Below are positions 27,087-39,404 of a DNA stretch of 64,000 nt, piece by piece. The translations under genes were made by a program, and so were the position numbers. The stretch comes from Callorhinchus milii (taxonomy: Eukaryota). The stretch's first letter is position 1; each line of letters begins with the position of its first letter. Below the pieces are notes generated by a model that was not told the DNA's origin, searched no databases, and saw only the letters and a list, made by a program, of their open reading frames with translations. The stretch lies in NCBI RefSeq assembly GCF_018977255.1, contig NW_024704742.1:15192001-15256000 (forward strand), read 5' to 3'.

Positions 27087-28191
27087 CATGTTATAACATT
27101 CTTTTTTCTATGTTATAGAAAAAATATGTTTCTGTAAGATCACCCCTAATTCTTCTATATTCTAGAGAATATCGGCCTAGTTTACTCAATCTATCCTCAT
27201 AGGTCAACCGCCTCATCCCAGGAACTAACCTGGTGAATCTACACTGCACCCCCTCTAAGGCAAGTATGTTCTTTCTTAAATATGGAGACCAAAACTGCAC
27301 ACACTACTCCAGGTGTGGTCTCACCAAGGCCCTATACAGTTGCAGCAAGTCTTCTCTACTCTTGTATTCTAACCCTTTTGCAATAAATGCCAACATGCCA
27401 TTAGCCTTCCTAGTTGCTGCTGTACCTGCATTCTAACTTTTTGTGACTGGTGTACAAGGACACCCAAATCCTTCTGAACACTAACACTACCTAATCTCTC
27501 CCCTTCTAGAAAATAATCTGCTTTTCTGTTTTTACTACCTAGATGAATAACTTCACACTTGCCCACATTATATTCCATCTGCCACCTTCTTGTCCACTTA
27601 CCTAGCCTATCTATATCCCTTTGCAATCTTTTTGTGTCATCCTCAGAGCTTACTCTCCCAACTAGCTTAGTACCATCCGCGAATTTAGATATTTTAAGTT
27701 CTATGTCCTCATCTAGATCATTGATATAGATTGTAAATCGTTGAATCCTGCCTATTATCTTGTGTAGCAGCCTTTTATGTGGCACCTTTTCGAATGCCTT
27801 CTGAAAATCTAAATACACTACATCTACTGGTTCACCCCTATCTAACCTGCTAGTTACATCCTCAAAATTCTCTAAAAGATTTGTTAAGCACGACTTTCCT
27901 TTTATAAAGACATGTTGACTCTGCCTAACCATGTTATGGTCCACTAAGTACCCCTCTACAACATCCCTAATTAAGGATTCTAGAATTTTCCCGACCACCA
28001 ATGTCAGACTGACTGGTCTATAGTTCCCCATCTTCTCTCTCCCACCCTTCTTAAATAGTGGTGTTGCGTTTGCGATCTTCCAATCAATGGGAACCGTTCC
28101 AAAATCCAGAGAATTTTAGAAGATCAAAAACAATCATCCAGTATCTCAGCCCCAACATCTTTTAAAACCCTAGGATGCAGGCCATCGGGTC

Positions 28192-31100
28192 AACAACAAT
28201 AACAACAAGATTCCATTTATTGAGCGCCTTTCACGTCGGGAGGACGTCCCAAGGCGCTGTACAGTTGGGTCAGGACCCGAGCAGGGGGGGAAATGGTCAG
28301 GGTGAGGGGAGGGAAGGGAGGGAGCAAGGAGGGGGGAAATGGTCAGGGTGAGGGGAGGGAAGGGAGGGAGCGAGGAGGGGGTAGAGAGTCGAGAGGGGAG
28401 CTGAAGGCACGGTCAAAGAGAAAGGTCTTGAGACCGGCCTTGAAGGAGGAAAGGGAGGAGGCAAGGCGAAGGCACTGGGGGATAGAGTTCCAGAGCCTAG
28501 GGGCTGAGAGGCTGAAGGCCCGGCCACCGATGGTAGGGAGTTGGGGCGGGGGATGTGGAGCAGACCGGAGCCAGAGGAACGGAGGGTACGGGCAGGTAGG
28601 TAGGGGGATAGTAGGTTGGAGAGGTAGGAGGGAGCAAGGCTGTGAATGGCCTTGTAGGTGAGGATGAGGATCTTGAATTCGATCCTCTGGGGGATGGGGA
28701 GTCAGTGGAGGCGAGCGAGGGTGGGAGTGATGTGGTCGCGAAGCCTGGTGCGGGACAGTACATGAGCTGCAGAGTTCTGAATGACCTGCAGCTTGTGGAG
28801 GGAGGTGCCGGGAAGGCCGGCGAGGAGAGAGTTCCCATAGTCCAGCCTTGAGGTGATAAAGGCGTGGACCAGAGTTTCAGCAGCGTGAGGGGTGAGGTAG
28901 TGCCTTAGTCTTGCAACATTCCGGAGGTGATGGCGTTATGGAGTTATGGCGCGGATATGAGGGAGAAAGGACAGCTTAGGGTCGAACAGAACCCCGAGGT
29001 TCCTGACTGGCTATGAGAGGTGGAGAGTGCAGCCTTGGATGCTGATGCTGTCAGCGCCTGAGGTGTGGAGGCGCTGACGTGAGCCAATCAGGAGGGCCTC
29101 AGTTTTACGCACGTTGAGCTGAAGAAAGTTATCTCTCGTCCAGGACTCGATGTCGGACAGGCAGGCTGTCAGGACATCGGTGGTCGTGGAGTTGAGGGTA
29201 GAGGAGGAAAGGTAGAGTTGGGTGTCATCCGCATACATGTGGAAGTTAACCCCATGTCTGCGGATGATGTCACCAAGGGGGAGCATATAGAGGGTGAAGA
29301 GGAGGGGACCGAGGACAGAGCCCTGAGTGACACCAAACGAGACAGTGTGGGGGCCGGAGGAAAAACCATTCGTGGAGACAAAGTTAGGACGGTGGGAGAG
29401 GTACGACCTAAACCACTCAAGGACAGGGCCTTGAAGGTTTAGGTGGGAGGACAAGCGGTGGAGGAGGATAGCATGGTCGACCATATCGAATGCAGCCGAT
29501 AGGTCGAGGAGGATGAGCCCTTGTCACAGATGGTCAGGATGTCATTGGTGACCTTGACCAGGGCAGTTTCTGTGCTATGGGCAGCACGGAAACCCGACTG
29601 AAGGGTTTCGAATAATGAATGGTTGGAGAGGAAAGAGCGCAGCTGGGAGGCAACAACTCATTCCAGGACCTTGGACAGGAAGAGGAGGTTGGAGATGGGC
29701 CAATAGCTTGATAGCGAGATGGTGGCAGTTTTTAAGGGAATGGGAACAGAGCCAGAGGAGAGGGATAGGTTGACGATGTCTGTGATATGTGGGGCAAGGA
29801 GGTGGAGCTGGGAGATAAGGAGTGGAGTGGGGATGGGGTCAAGGGAGCAGGTGGTGGGTTTCAGGGATAGGATGAGTTTGGTGACAGAGGGTGGAGAAAC
29901 AGGTACGAAAGTGTGTAGGGGAGGATGGGTAGGAGTCGGAGTGTGCGAGGGAAGCGGTGGGGGGTGGGTGGATGTTGGAGGGGAAGTGACCGCGGAGCGA
30001 ATTTCCTTGATTTTGGATTCAAGGAAATCCAGCATCTCCTCGCAGTGAAGGTTGGAGGAGATGACCTGCGCGGGGTGGCGTGGGGGACGGAGGAGTCGGG
30101 ATGTGGTAGAGAACAGTAGCCTGGGGTGTCAAGTGTCAAGTGTGGAGGAGAGGGTGTTGTGGAGGAGGGTGAGAGCAGAAGAGGGGTCAGTGAGGGTTGA
30201 AGGCCAGAGAGAGAGGAGTTCAGAGGACTCCAAGGCAGCGGTTAGGGATTGTGGGGTTAACTTCTTCCAGGGGCGGTAGAAGATGGTGGTGGGTCTGGTG
30301 GAGGTGGGGAGGGTGTGAGGGAGGTGCTGAAGGAGATGAAGTGGTGGTCGGAGACGGTCTTGTCGGTGATAGTGACATCCGAGACACTGAGTGACACTGG
30401 GTGATCACCAAGTCGAGTGGGTGGCTGTGACTGTGAGTGGGAGAGTTGATGTGGAGGGAGAGGTTGAGTGAGGAGAGCAGGGAAGAGAAATCTGAGGAGA
30501 TTGAGCAGGAGGGGGTGAAGTGCAGGTTAAAGTCGCCCAGGATGATGAGGCGATCAGAGCAGAGGCAGAGAGATGTAAGAAGTGTCGAAATATCAGAGAT
30601 AAAGGTGGGAGAGGTTTTAGGGGGCCGGTAGAGGAGGAGGATTTTAAGTGAGAGGAAGGAGGGGTGGGAGAGGGTGAGGTGCTCAAAAGAGGGGAAAGAG
30701 CCAGAGGAGTAGGGGGATAGGGCAAGTGGTGTCCTTGAGATAAGGGCAACACCACCGCCACGGCGGTTGGGGCGAGGGATGTGGTGAGAGGTGTAGCCGG
30801 GTGGTGTGGCCTCCGTGAGGGGGAAGGTGTCGCCTGGGGTGAGCCAAGTTTCCGTTAAGGCCATGATATCAACATTCTCATCAAGGATGAGATCGTTGAT
30901 GACCAGGGCCTTGTTACAGAGGGAGCTGACATTTTGCAGTCCGATGTGGAGGGAGCGGTTGACAGAAGGGTGTGTGGGAGGGGAGGGGGGTCCAGGTTGT
31001 GTGGCAGGAGTGGGGGAAATGGGGATAAGGGAGAAGAGGTTGGCTCTCCGGATCTGTGTCCTGGGTGGCTGGCGAGTGTGGTGGGGAATGGGGCAGTCGA

Positions 31101-31650
31101 TGTGGCTGCTGCTGGACAGCCAACGCCGAGTGAGTCTGGCGGAGGATTCCCAGGCTGGAGCAGAGGGAGGTTGTGGGAGGGTCAAGTGGGGATAGAAGGC
31201 GAGAGGGACGGAGAGAGAGGAGGACAGAGCGGGAGAGATGCAAAGGGGGGAGGGTTTGGGGGTAGAGAGGAGGGACGAGGGAGGGAGGGGGTGAGGGGGC
31301 TCGTGTCATAGCGGCAGCCATAGTGCGCACACGGGGACCGGGAGCGAGCGGTCAGGTGGATGGAAACATTATCCCATAGGATGGGGCAGCCAACCCAACA
31401 GGACTATGGTGGGGTCTGATGTGAGCCCTGGGGGTGGGGGGGCGCAGAGGATTTTTTTTGCTGTTGTTGCGCGCGCACACTCCTGAAAACTACAACTATG
31501 ACGTCAGCGGTTCCCCCACTCTGCCCCCACCCGTTCCATCCTCAGCCCCACACCCCGCCCCCCCCTGTGCTGCACTCCCTGCAGCGTCGAGTTTAAGTAC
31601 CTGAGAGGTAGGCCCAGGCTCCTCCCCGCGCTGTCCTGGCGCCGCTCCCC
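28192..31650 (-). mobile_element. L2 LINE, near full-length single-ORF type (5' UTR, APE endonuclease, RT, 3' stem-loop, (TTG)n tail); frameshifted
   Basis: APE motifs LQNVSSL, ALTETWL, RGGGVALI, YRPP, LGDFNLH and LDLV in ORF 30220..31185. RT motifs [10 protein letters not shown] and YADDTQLY in 29011..29484. Tail caacaacaat at 28191-28210; 3-bp duplication GTC at 28189-28191 and 31651-31653. Confidence 0.93.
31322..31650 (-). promoter_or_regulatory. CpG-rich L2 5' UTR, candidate internal Pol II promoter
   Basis: Perfect CRE TGACGTCA at 31499-31506, GC box near 31553-31562, TGCGCGCGCA palindrome near 31468-31477 and many CpGs, upstream of the ATG at 31321-31319. Confidence 0.5.
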
Positions 31651-32364
31651 GTCCAGGGGATTTGTCATTTTTCAATCCCAACAGTTTCCCAAGTACTAAT
31701 TCTTTACTGATGTTAATTTCCCTAAGTTGCTCACTAACATTAGCTTCTTGGATCCCCTCTATTTTTGGTAAGTTTTCAGTGTCTTCTAACGTGAAAACAG
31801 AAGCAAAGTATTTGTTTAATGACTCTGCCATATCTCTATCCCCCATTATAATTCCTCCTGCCTCTGCCTGTATTGGACCCACATTCACTTTGATAGTCTC
31901 TTCCTCTTTATGTATTTGTAAAAACCTTTTGCAGTCTGTCTTTATGTTCCTAGCTAGTTTGCCCTCATAATGCATTTTCTCCCTCCTAATCAGTTTCTTT
32001 ATCTTTCTTTGTTGGTCTCTGAAGCCCGCCCAATCCTTGGGTTTACTGCTCTTTTTGGCAGTATTATAGGTCTCTTCCTTTAATTTTATACTTTCCCTAA
32101 CTGCTCTAGTTAACCATGGTTGAACAATTTTTCCCGTGGTATTTTTATTCCTCAAGGAATATGTGATCACTGGGAATTATGTACTATATCTTTAAAGGTT
32201 TACCATTGCTGGTCTACTATCATATCCTTTGATCTAATTCCCCAGTGTATTTTAGCTAAATCCTCTCTCATACCTGCAAAGTTGGCTCTTATATAGATAC
32301 AAATATATAATGCACAATTATGATAAAAATAGTAAATGTAGAAAAGTAGGAGAATAGTAAAAAT

Positions 32365-34046
32365 ATTATCATAAGATTACGAAACTTTTATTTTTATATA
32401 AAATTGTTTGAAAGTGTACATTTACTAACACAGTATGATATTCATAATAAAGTAAAAAAGTTCTCTTAAGATCTAAACTATTATTGTAATAGGGGATTTT
32501 TCTGTATCATAAAATGTGTTTAGAACTCTACTGGCAGTCGCATGGTTAAAATAGATTGTACAACATATCTGGTACTGTATAAAGTGTTTGAAAATAAGAG
32601 AGTGGGTGAAAAATGTGACATGTGAAAATCATCTTTGGAACTTTGAGTTAAACAAATTTTCCAGGAACCAACACTGATACCATAGACATAAAGTCTAACA
32701 ATGGCAACAGGCCAGCTTGGGGGCTAAGCATTGGGCTGAAAGTGGTGAGAGGGAGAGCTGCTCACTACAGCAAGATATTGGCTGAGATAATAATGATATT
32801 CAATTTTCACACGTCACACTTCTCACATGTCCACAAAGTCTAAAATGTGTACGTTTTTGAATGTTGCAGTAACAACCCTATGTGTGCCAACCTGATGTAA
32901 TCTAAACTCCTTGCTATGAAGTGTGGAATTTTAAATCCTGCGGACCTGACCTTTCTTTGTGTGCGAAACATGGAAGCAAAGACAGTTGATATTTTTTTCC
33001 CATGAAACACTTTACCACATTAGGGCTTGATATTCCCAAATTGGATATGAGAAATGTGGGAGTAAAGTTTCTGGGATTCCTAAATGAGTTATTCCTTTCT
33101 TTACTTAAGGATTGTGTTTAGGAATCCTGCAAATTTTATCCTGTGATTTCTTAAACATTAATAAAAATATTATCCATTAATGACACATCTGCAGCACCTA
33201 TTGTTCTATACTCTCTCAGATCATGAGGTGCCTGAAGATGATTGTCTCCTGTGAATGGCATGCTTGGAGTAATACAGGTACAACTGGATGACACAACTCC
33301 TTAACCAGTGATAATAGTCAGTGCCTCTGAGAGCACAGCATCCAAGGCCTTTGTCTACGGTCAGGTTAAGATACTATTATATAGACCTGTTCTTGGATCT
33401 AGTAATTGGCTCAAATAATGTGCTTCCTATGCCCTCCATTGCAATATCCCCTTCCCTCTTCTCCATTGCAATATCCCTATCAAAGCTGATCGACCCTTGC
33501 TTGGGCTATTGACCTCTCAAAACTGTGGGGATACTTCCAATTGTTCCCTTTCATTAAGCTCACTGATGCTAAGGCTCAGCTGGAGTAGAATACCTTTTGA
33601 TGTACCTTTTCTAGCTGTGTAACTGTGCAAAATTTCCACTTTAATGTCCTTTAATATGGTCTTAAGAAGCTGAATTAGCCTTTTCTTTCCCTTCCCATTT
33701 CAGACAGTTTTCTCAAGGCAGCAATGGTGAGAATGGCAATAAGCAGATTCTGTCCATTGCTATGATCTCCCAACATTCCACCCATTTACTCACACCAACA
33801 TTTTCTGCACAATTAACAAGGACAGGACTGTCAGATCCTATATTCTCCCTTCTCAGCAGGCTGTCATGTTCAGCAAAACAACACCTATTAACTGTTGAAG
33901 AACACTCATCACGCCCTTGTAACAGACATTTCGAGAAGGCAAAGCATTCAAGTCATGCTGACAGCAGAAGTCAGCCACAGTGCGAGCAATAAATCGTCCA
34001 ACGCCAGGAATTTTGAACGGCTCCAAAGCAATGAAAAATCAGAGAT
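32365..34046 (-). other. PRDM5: Putative PRDM5 3' UTR (~1.7 kb)
   Basis: Largely repeat-free stretch from the stop codon to an AT-rich block containing the first AATAAA I found on the minus strand. The end position is inferred; ATTAAA variants near 33640-33655 could give a shorter form. Confidence 0.55.
32387..32392 (-). terminator. Candidate polyadenylation signal AATAAA
   Basis: Plus strand tttatt at 32387-32392, followed in transcript direction by U-rich sequence. Confidence 0.55.
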
Positions 34047-34211
34047 TTAGCTGTCTGATTCTCCATGCACATTTTCCATGTGAACCTTGAGGTAGTCATT
34101 TCTTGTAAACTTCTTGTGGCAGAGCTGGCATTCTGCCATCGGCCGATTAGGGTTGTGTGTCAGCTTGTGCCTAATCAGCATTTTCTTCAGGCTGAAGGAT
34201 AAGTCACAGAC
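34047..34211 (-). CDS. PRDM5: PRDM5 terminal coding exon, last fingers and TAA stop
   Basis: tttcag|GTC TGT GAC ... = [54 protein letters not shown]. The [27 protein letters not shown]-terminus is characteristic of PRDM5, and the exon completes the CD|VC finger begun in the previous exon. Confidence 0.96.
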   Translation of the reverse strand, partial: VCDLSFSLKKMLIRHKLTHNPNRPMAECQLCHKKFTRNDYLKVHMENVHGESDS

Positions 34212-34677
34212 CTGAAATAAGGAAGAGACAAAAGAAATCAATAGACATGAAGTCTTTAGACCTCACTATTTCGTACAATGGAAGGACATTATACGGCAAG
34301 TGCAGCATTAATAATTGATGTTGTAATATTACACTTAGAAGTGAAATGGGAAGCTTTCTCCCTCTTCCTTTTTTGAATTATCTGTGTACATTAAAATGTA
34401 CTGAATTCACCCAAGAAAATTCTAATTAATTTGACTCGTTGTTAGTGGGTCGTTGCTGAGACAGATCAATTGCCGTGTTTGCCTTTGTGACAACACTCTG
34501 TATAAAATACAAGCTTTATTATTTGTTTCTAGATTGTTTTCCTTGTTTTGATTGTGTTGTTACTTTGGGTTCCAAATGCCTTGTGATTAAGATGGGTATG
34601 ATGGGATGGAGACCGAAATATCCCCCCTCCTCCCTCCCAACCTACTGCTGTTGAAAACCTTTACTACCTGTTATCCT

Positions 34678-35458
34678 CAGATTCCCTCCTTGTTCAAATT
34701 TACTCCAGGATTCAAATGGCCTGGCTACATCATTGCTCTTCACTGGATTTGGTTAATACCTATTAAATGTTGCATTTACCTATTTGATAATAATAATCCT
34801 TACATTTGATATGCCTCCATTTATTTCAGGGGAATGTCTCAAACAGCTTCACAGGATATACAGTAAAGTGTAGTGACTGTGATTTTTGTATGTGAATGCC
34901 TACAACATGTGTAACAACAATCAAATCCATTTTAGCTTGTAAAACATTTTGAGATGTTTTAGTTTTCATGTAAGGTTTTCATGTATGAATACAGGTAGTT
35001 GCTGCTGAAACATTTGCACAAAGGTGACAGAATGAAGAAGGGAGGAAATCCCTACTATTGAGTGAAAGTTTACTTTGTGGTTAGCATTTGGCAAAAAGCA
35101 CTTGAGAAAACCTAAATTATTTTGAAATTATGTTTTATGGACAGATGAAAGAAAAAAGACCTGTTACATAGAAATGTCACAGTGAAGTTCTGTCCTAAAA
35201 TTGGGATCAAAAGGTATTTGCTGCAAGAGCCATTTGCTAAGAGTTTGTTAGATTGATTTTGCAAAACTCAAACAATGACAACATTCCAAATATGGTTTCA
35301 GACACGTGCAAACTATATCACATTTTCCCCACAAAATATACAGATTCTCTCCTTGTTCAAATTTACTCCAGGATTCAAATGGCCTGGCTACATCATTGCT
35401 CTTCACTGGATTTGGTTAATACCTATTAAATGTTGCATTTACCTATTTGATAATAATA
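34678..35458. repeat. 118 bp direct repeat (34678-34795 and 35341-35458)
   Basis: One mismatch by eye; explains the shared peptide in ORFs 34606..34809 and 35275..35481. Confidence 0.92.
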
Positions 35459-37689
35459 TTCCTTTACAGTATATTCTGTGAAGTGCTTTGAGACAACAAT
35501 GACAATAAGATTACATTTGCATAGCACCTTTCACATTGGGAGGATGTCCTAAGGCGCTGAAAAATACATATAACAGACGTCAAAGAGAAACGTCATGTCA
35601 TGGCCCATATAATAGACCGGCAAACAAATCCATGGCTGGAGCTGGTAGGTCATACACTTAACTGCAAAAGAACACTGCAGTATAATTGAAGTCAATTTTA
35701 TATATATATTATTCAGCTCCAACCATATGCGTAATCCATCATTTCAATAAAGTGGTTTAGACAAAGGCCTTGATTAATAACCTAAATATAGTAAGTTACG
35801 CATCCTGTCTGTCCAAATTTTCCCACCGTGACTCAACTCATGGAAACAGAACAAGTTCAAGGTCAGCTCAACTCCACTAAACAGGAGCTTGGCTTCAAAG
35901 TTCTCTTGGTTATTGATCAGTGGCCCATTTCATTTCAACCCTCATCTTGGTTCAAACTAAAATTGGTTCCATGCTTCTGGTTTGCCAATACACTAAGATG
36001 TTAGTGTGCCTGATATGAATGTGATGGTATTAACAACAGATTGCACGAATATTGCGCCCTTCATGTGGGTTGCATTCTGGATCCATTACAATTAATGGTA
36101 ATGTTGGAGAAGGAAATGCATACTGAAGGAGAAGGGATTAGAGGGAAATAGGAGGGGTGGGGCTTGAGTAGGGTGTAAACGCCAGGATGGACTAGTTGGG
36201 CCAAATGATCTGTTTTGATGCCATATTACTCTATGTAACTCTCTGCAGTGAATGCTTATTTGCCTGCCTTCCAGTCTGCTGGAGCACAGGGATGTGTAGA
36301 CAGTAATCATCTGGCGAGAAGTCAAATGAGGGAAACTCAAGGAAACAATGGATTAAAACAATATAAAATGCTGACAACATTTGCTCAAATGGATTCTATA
36401 CATCAGACAATCACCTTAATCTCTTCCCATAAGCTATTTCTTTTTCATGGCTCTAAACTCTAAGAGAGGGAACATACTGCTGAGATCTGGACCAACCAGT
36501 AGGTGTGACAGCACTTTTCATCCACCTTGTGATCACCCCTATTCAACAGGTCCTCCTGAAAGTGCAGCTGGAATGAAGAACTCTCCGCACAAACCCATAC
36601 ATACATTTATACATTCTGCAGATACTACAGAGTATGTGAATATGAATACATGTATTCTACAGTAGGGTGTGCTGTCAACTTTAGTATTTCCTTCAATACA
36701 TAAAACAAAGGCAATTGTAAATAAAGTATTCTGATAGAACATGTGAACATTTGCACCCCCAATATACAGTTGACCACAACTGGTTAAATGATCACATTAT
36801 GAAAGCATTGCAGACACACCAGTTGGTTTCTCACCATAGCTAACGAGCCATATCATATGCGGGCTGAGGTCAAACACTTCTGAAAACCAAAATGTTTCAG
36901 GCGTGTAACTTTCTAACTCCATAATTTAGGAAACTTGCAACCCATCAGACAACCAGTGATAGTTAACTGAAGTTAATCTCCACAAGTCTGTGTTGGGAGA
37001 AAATGAAAGGGAGTTGCTGTTTTCCCACCACTGGAAAAGATTTTCACAAAATATAAATCAATCAGTGGGAACTGGATGGTAAGCGTGGCTTCATCCTTTC
37101 AACTCTGACAATGCCTGGGAGGTCACCTCCCTCCCTCTTTGGAATGGTGTGGGAAAGCTAAAGATCCAGTTAGTTATCAGACATAAAGAACTGTGAGAGA
37201 GAAGTTACTGGACTTAGCAAAGGATCAGATTTCAAAATGATGTGCATTTGATAGTTTCAATTGATGGAGGCTCAGATGAAGGGAGGTGAACAGACATTTA
37301 ATTAATTTACATAGAGTGTGCTGAATATGTGAAACTATCAGCAGGGAGGCAGATGATATCAGAAAATTCAAAAGGGAATTTGCAAAGAATTCAATCAGAG
37401 TATGAGAGATTGAGTGGTGCAGGATTTGTGGGTTGGGGGAGGCTTATACATTTTAGGATGTTAGATAGACTACAACTGTTCTTTTGTGGCCCTGTACCTA
37501 TGTTTCTATGAAATTGAGTTTCTTTCTTTCAACCCATAATCTATATCGGACCGTCAATCTAGTTTTAACTGGCACTAATTCAGCAATCCTGCTGAGAGAA
37601 TGCGAAGGTATGTGAAGTAGAAGAAATAAAAGTGTAGATTTCCCAAAGGTTCAATGCACCATGTGTTGGGGTCCTGAGCCATTTGATCA

Positions 37690-38030
37690 AGAATGTCTCC
37701 AAGTTCACTCTTTCGTCTGGGTTAACAAAATGAACTCAGCTAGGCCATCAGTTGGAGAAATGAAAAGCCTCCCCATTGATCAGACAGGACTAGAATTGAT
37801 CAGACAGGACTCTGCCTCTTCAGACTAGAAAGGTTCCTAATAGCATTCAGTCACTACTGTGAGAAAGCACGTGCATGTGGATGATGAATCAAGACAGGAG
37901 CTGCCTTAGGTTTGGTGTCCTAATTCGTTAAGTCAATGCTGTCTACACAACTACAGAGGTTAGAGTCATCTGTGGGACCGCAGCCCAGCATGAGCCAATA
38001 CTTTCAGGAAAGATGGGGAGAAATCTGAAA
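37690..38030 (+). mobile_element. AmnSINE2-like SINE (family C), diverged
   Basis: GAAAGCACGTGCATGTGGATG...GACAGGA and CCCAGCATGAGCCAATACTTTCAGGAAAGATGGGGAGAAA 3' blocks. Confidence 0.55.
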
Positions 38031-38091
38031 AAGCATGGTGGGGAGGAAATTAAATGGCAATGAACAATTTTCCTGTAAAGGTTTTTTTTTA

Positions 38092-38400
<309 letters not shown>

Positions 38401-39404
38401 TCAGCAATTAGTGGAGTGGAATTCTGTCCTGGGAAATGTGTGTTTTTACATTCCCTTGAAGGGTTTCGGCAAGTAAAAAATTGCAAAGGTCTAAGTAAAC
38501 TCTGGGAAAGTTAAAGTCCTCCAGATTCCCCTATCACCACCCATCAGTAATTTAATAAAGCAGTTATGTCTGCCATTGAAAGAATTTCTTCAATTTATCC
38601 TGTTTTATGTAACACCACAGATTAGATTAAAGAAAAGGGATACCGACCTGTTTTACACATGCACTCAATTTATTTTAAATCCCAGGCCCAAACCAAACTT
38701 ATTTCTGCTTTCTCAAGTTCTCCATAGTGAAAGCACAAACTTATTTTATGAAATGACTTTCCGGTTTGTGCTGCAAACATAAGATGCAGAGATCTTCTCC
38801 CAGTGTGCATATATCAGCCACATTTTTAAAGATTACTTAAAAAGTTTTTTTCATGAAACAATATTTGCTTGTGTTGCTGTCAGGACAAGGTTGACAGCTG
38901 TTAACATTTGAGAATTAATGTTAAAAACATTAGATTATATAGTAAAAAGGCATGTGATTCAGCAGTTTTTTTAATTTAAAGTATCCAGTTATTTTGGGTG
39001 TAAATATAAATGTCTTAACATTGCCCACTGGCTGTGTGAAGTGGCAAATTAATAACATAATTACAAGAACAGCGATGGAGAGTTTGCACACTGTAATGTG
39101 TTGCTTGATGTTCTGCACTGCTGCAGACTCAGATCCATTTAAATTGATTTTCTAGTATTAGATAGAGAGCTGTTACCACTGGACAGGTCCATTAATAGTG
39201 CAACAGTACCTGACTGAGAGAGCTCATCCATGTAGCACTAAGAGTTCATTTATTGAGGTCCAAAGTCAATGTTTAGAGGCATATTATATGAACTGAATTA
39301 TAATTTGCAGATTATAATAATAATAATTCTTGTATTTGATATGGCACCTTATTACATTGTCAAAATGTCTCAAAGGGTTGCACACGATTTATACAATACA
39401 ATTT

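Larger units (their letters stand above)
25589..32290 (-). mobile_element. CR1 LINE 'A', 5'-truncated and decayed; host of two nested insertions (segments ~25589-25959, ~27125-28191, 31651-32290)
   Basis: 3' tail (TTCCTATG)-like at 25589-25610. ORF2 pieces KSPG|PDGLHPRVLK, NYRPVSLT...LDFQKAF...KFADGTKL and RGDLTETY|NILMG...FFTQKVVNEWNSLP rejoin across both insertions. The catalytic ADD is mutated to ADG and the QGSVLGP region is deleted near 27750. Confidence 0.92.

Noticed and set aside
27738..27756. Link between the RT segment deleted from CR1-A and the start point of CR1-B
   Set aside because: B begins near the region missing in A, but the two belong to different subfamilies and lie ~0.65-1.8 kb apart; treated as coincidence.
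28284..28380. 46 bp G-rich tandem duplication / G-quadruplex candidate
   Set aside because: Slippage in the low-complexity L2 3' UTR; no evidence of function.
31496..32170. 224 aa ORF as a novel fusion gene
   Set aside because: It is CR1-A ORF2 reading by chance across the insertion junction into the L2 5' UTR.
33434..33477. Short direct repeat CTCCATTGCAATATCCC in the 3' UTR (similar case at 37776-37811)
   Set aside because: Two-copy local duplication; not an array and not CRISPR-like.
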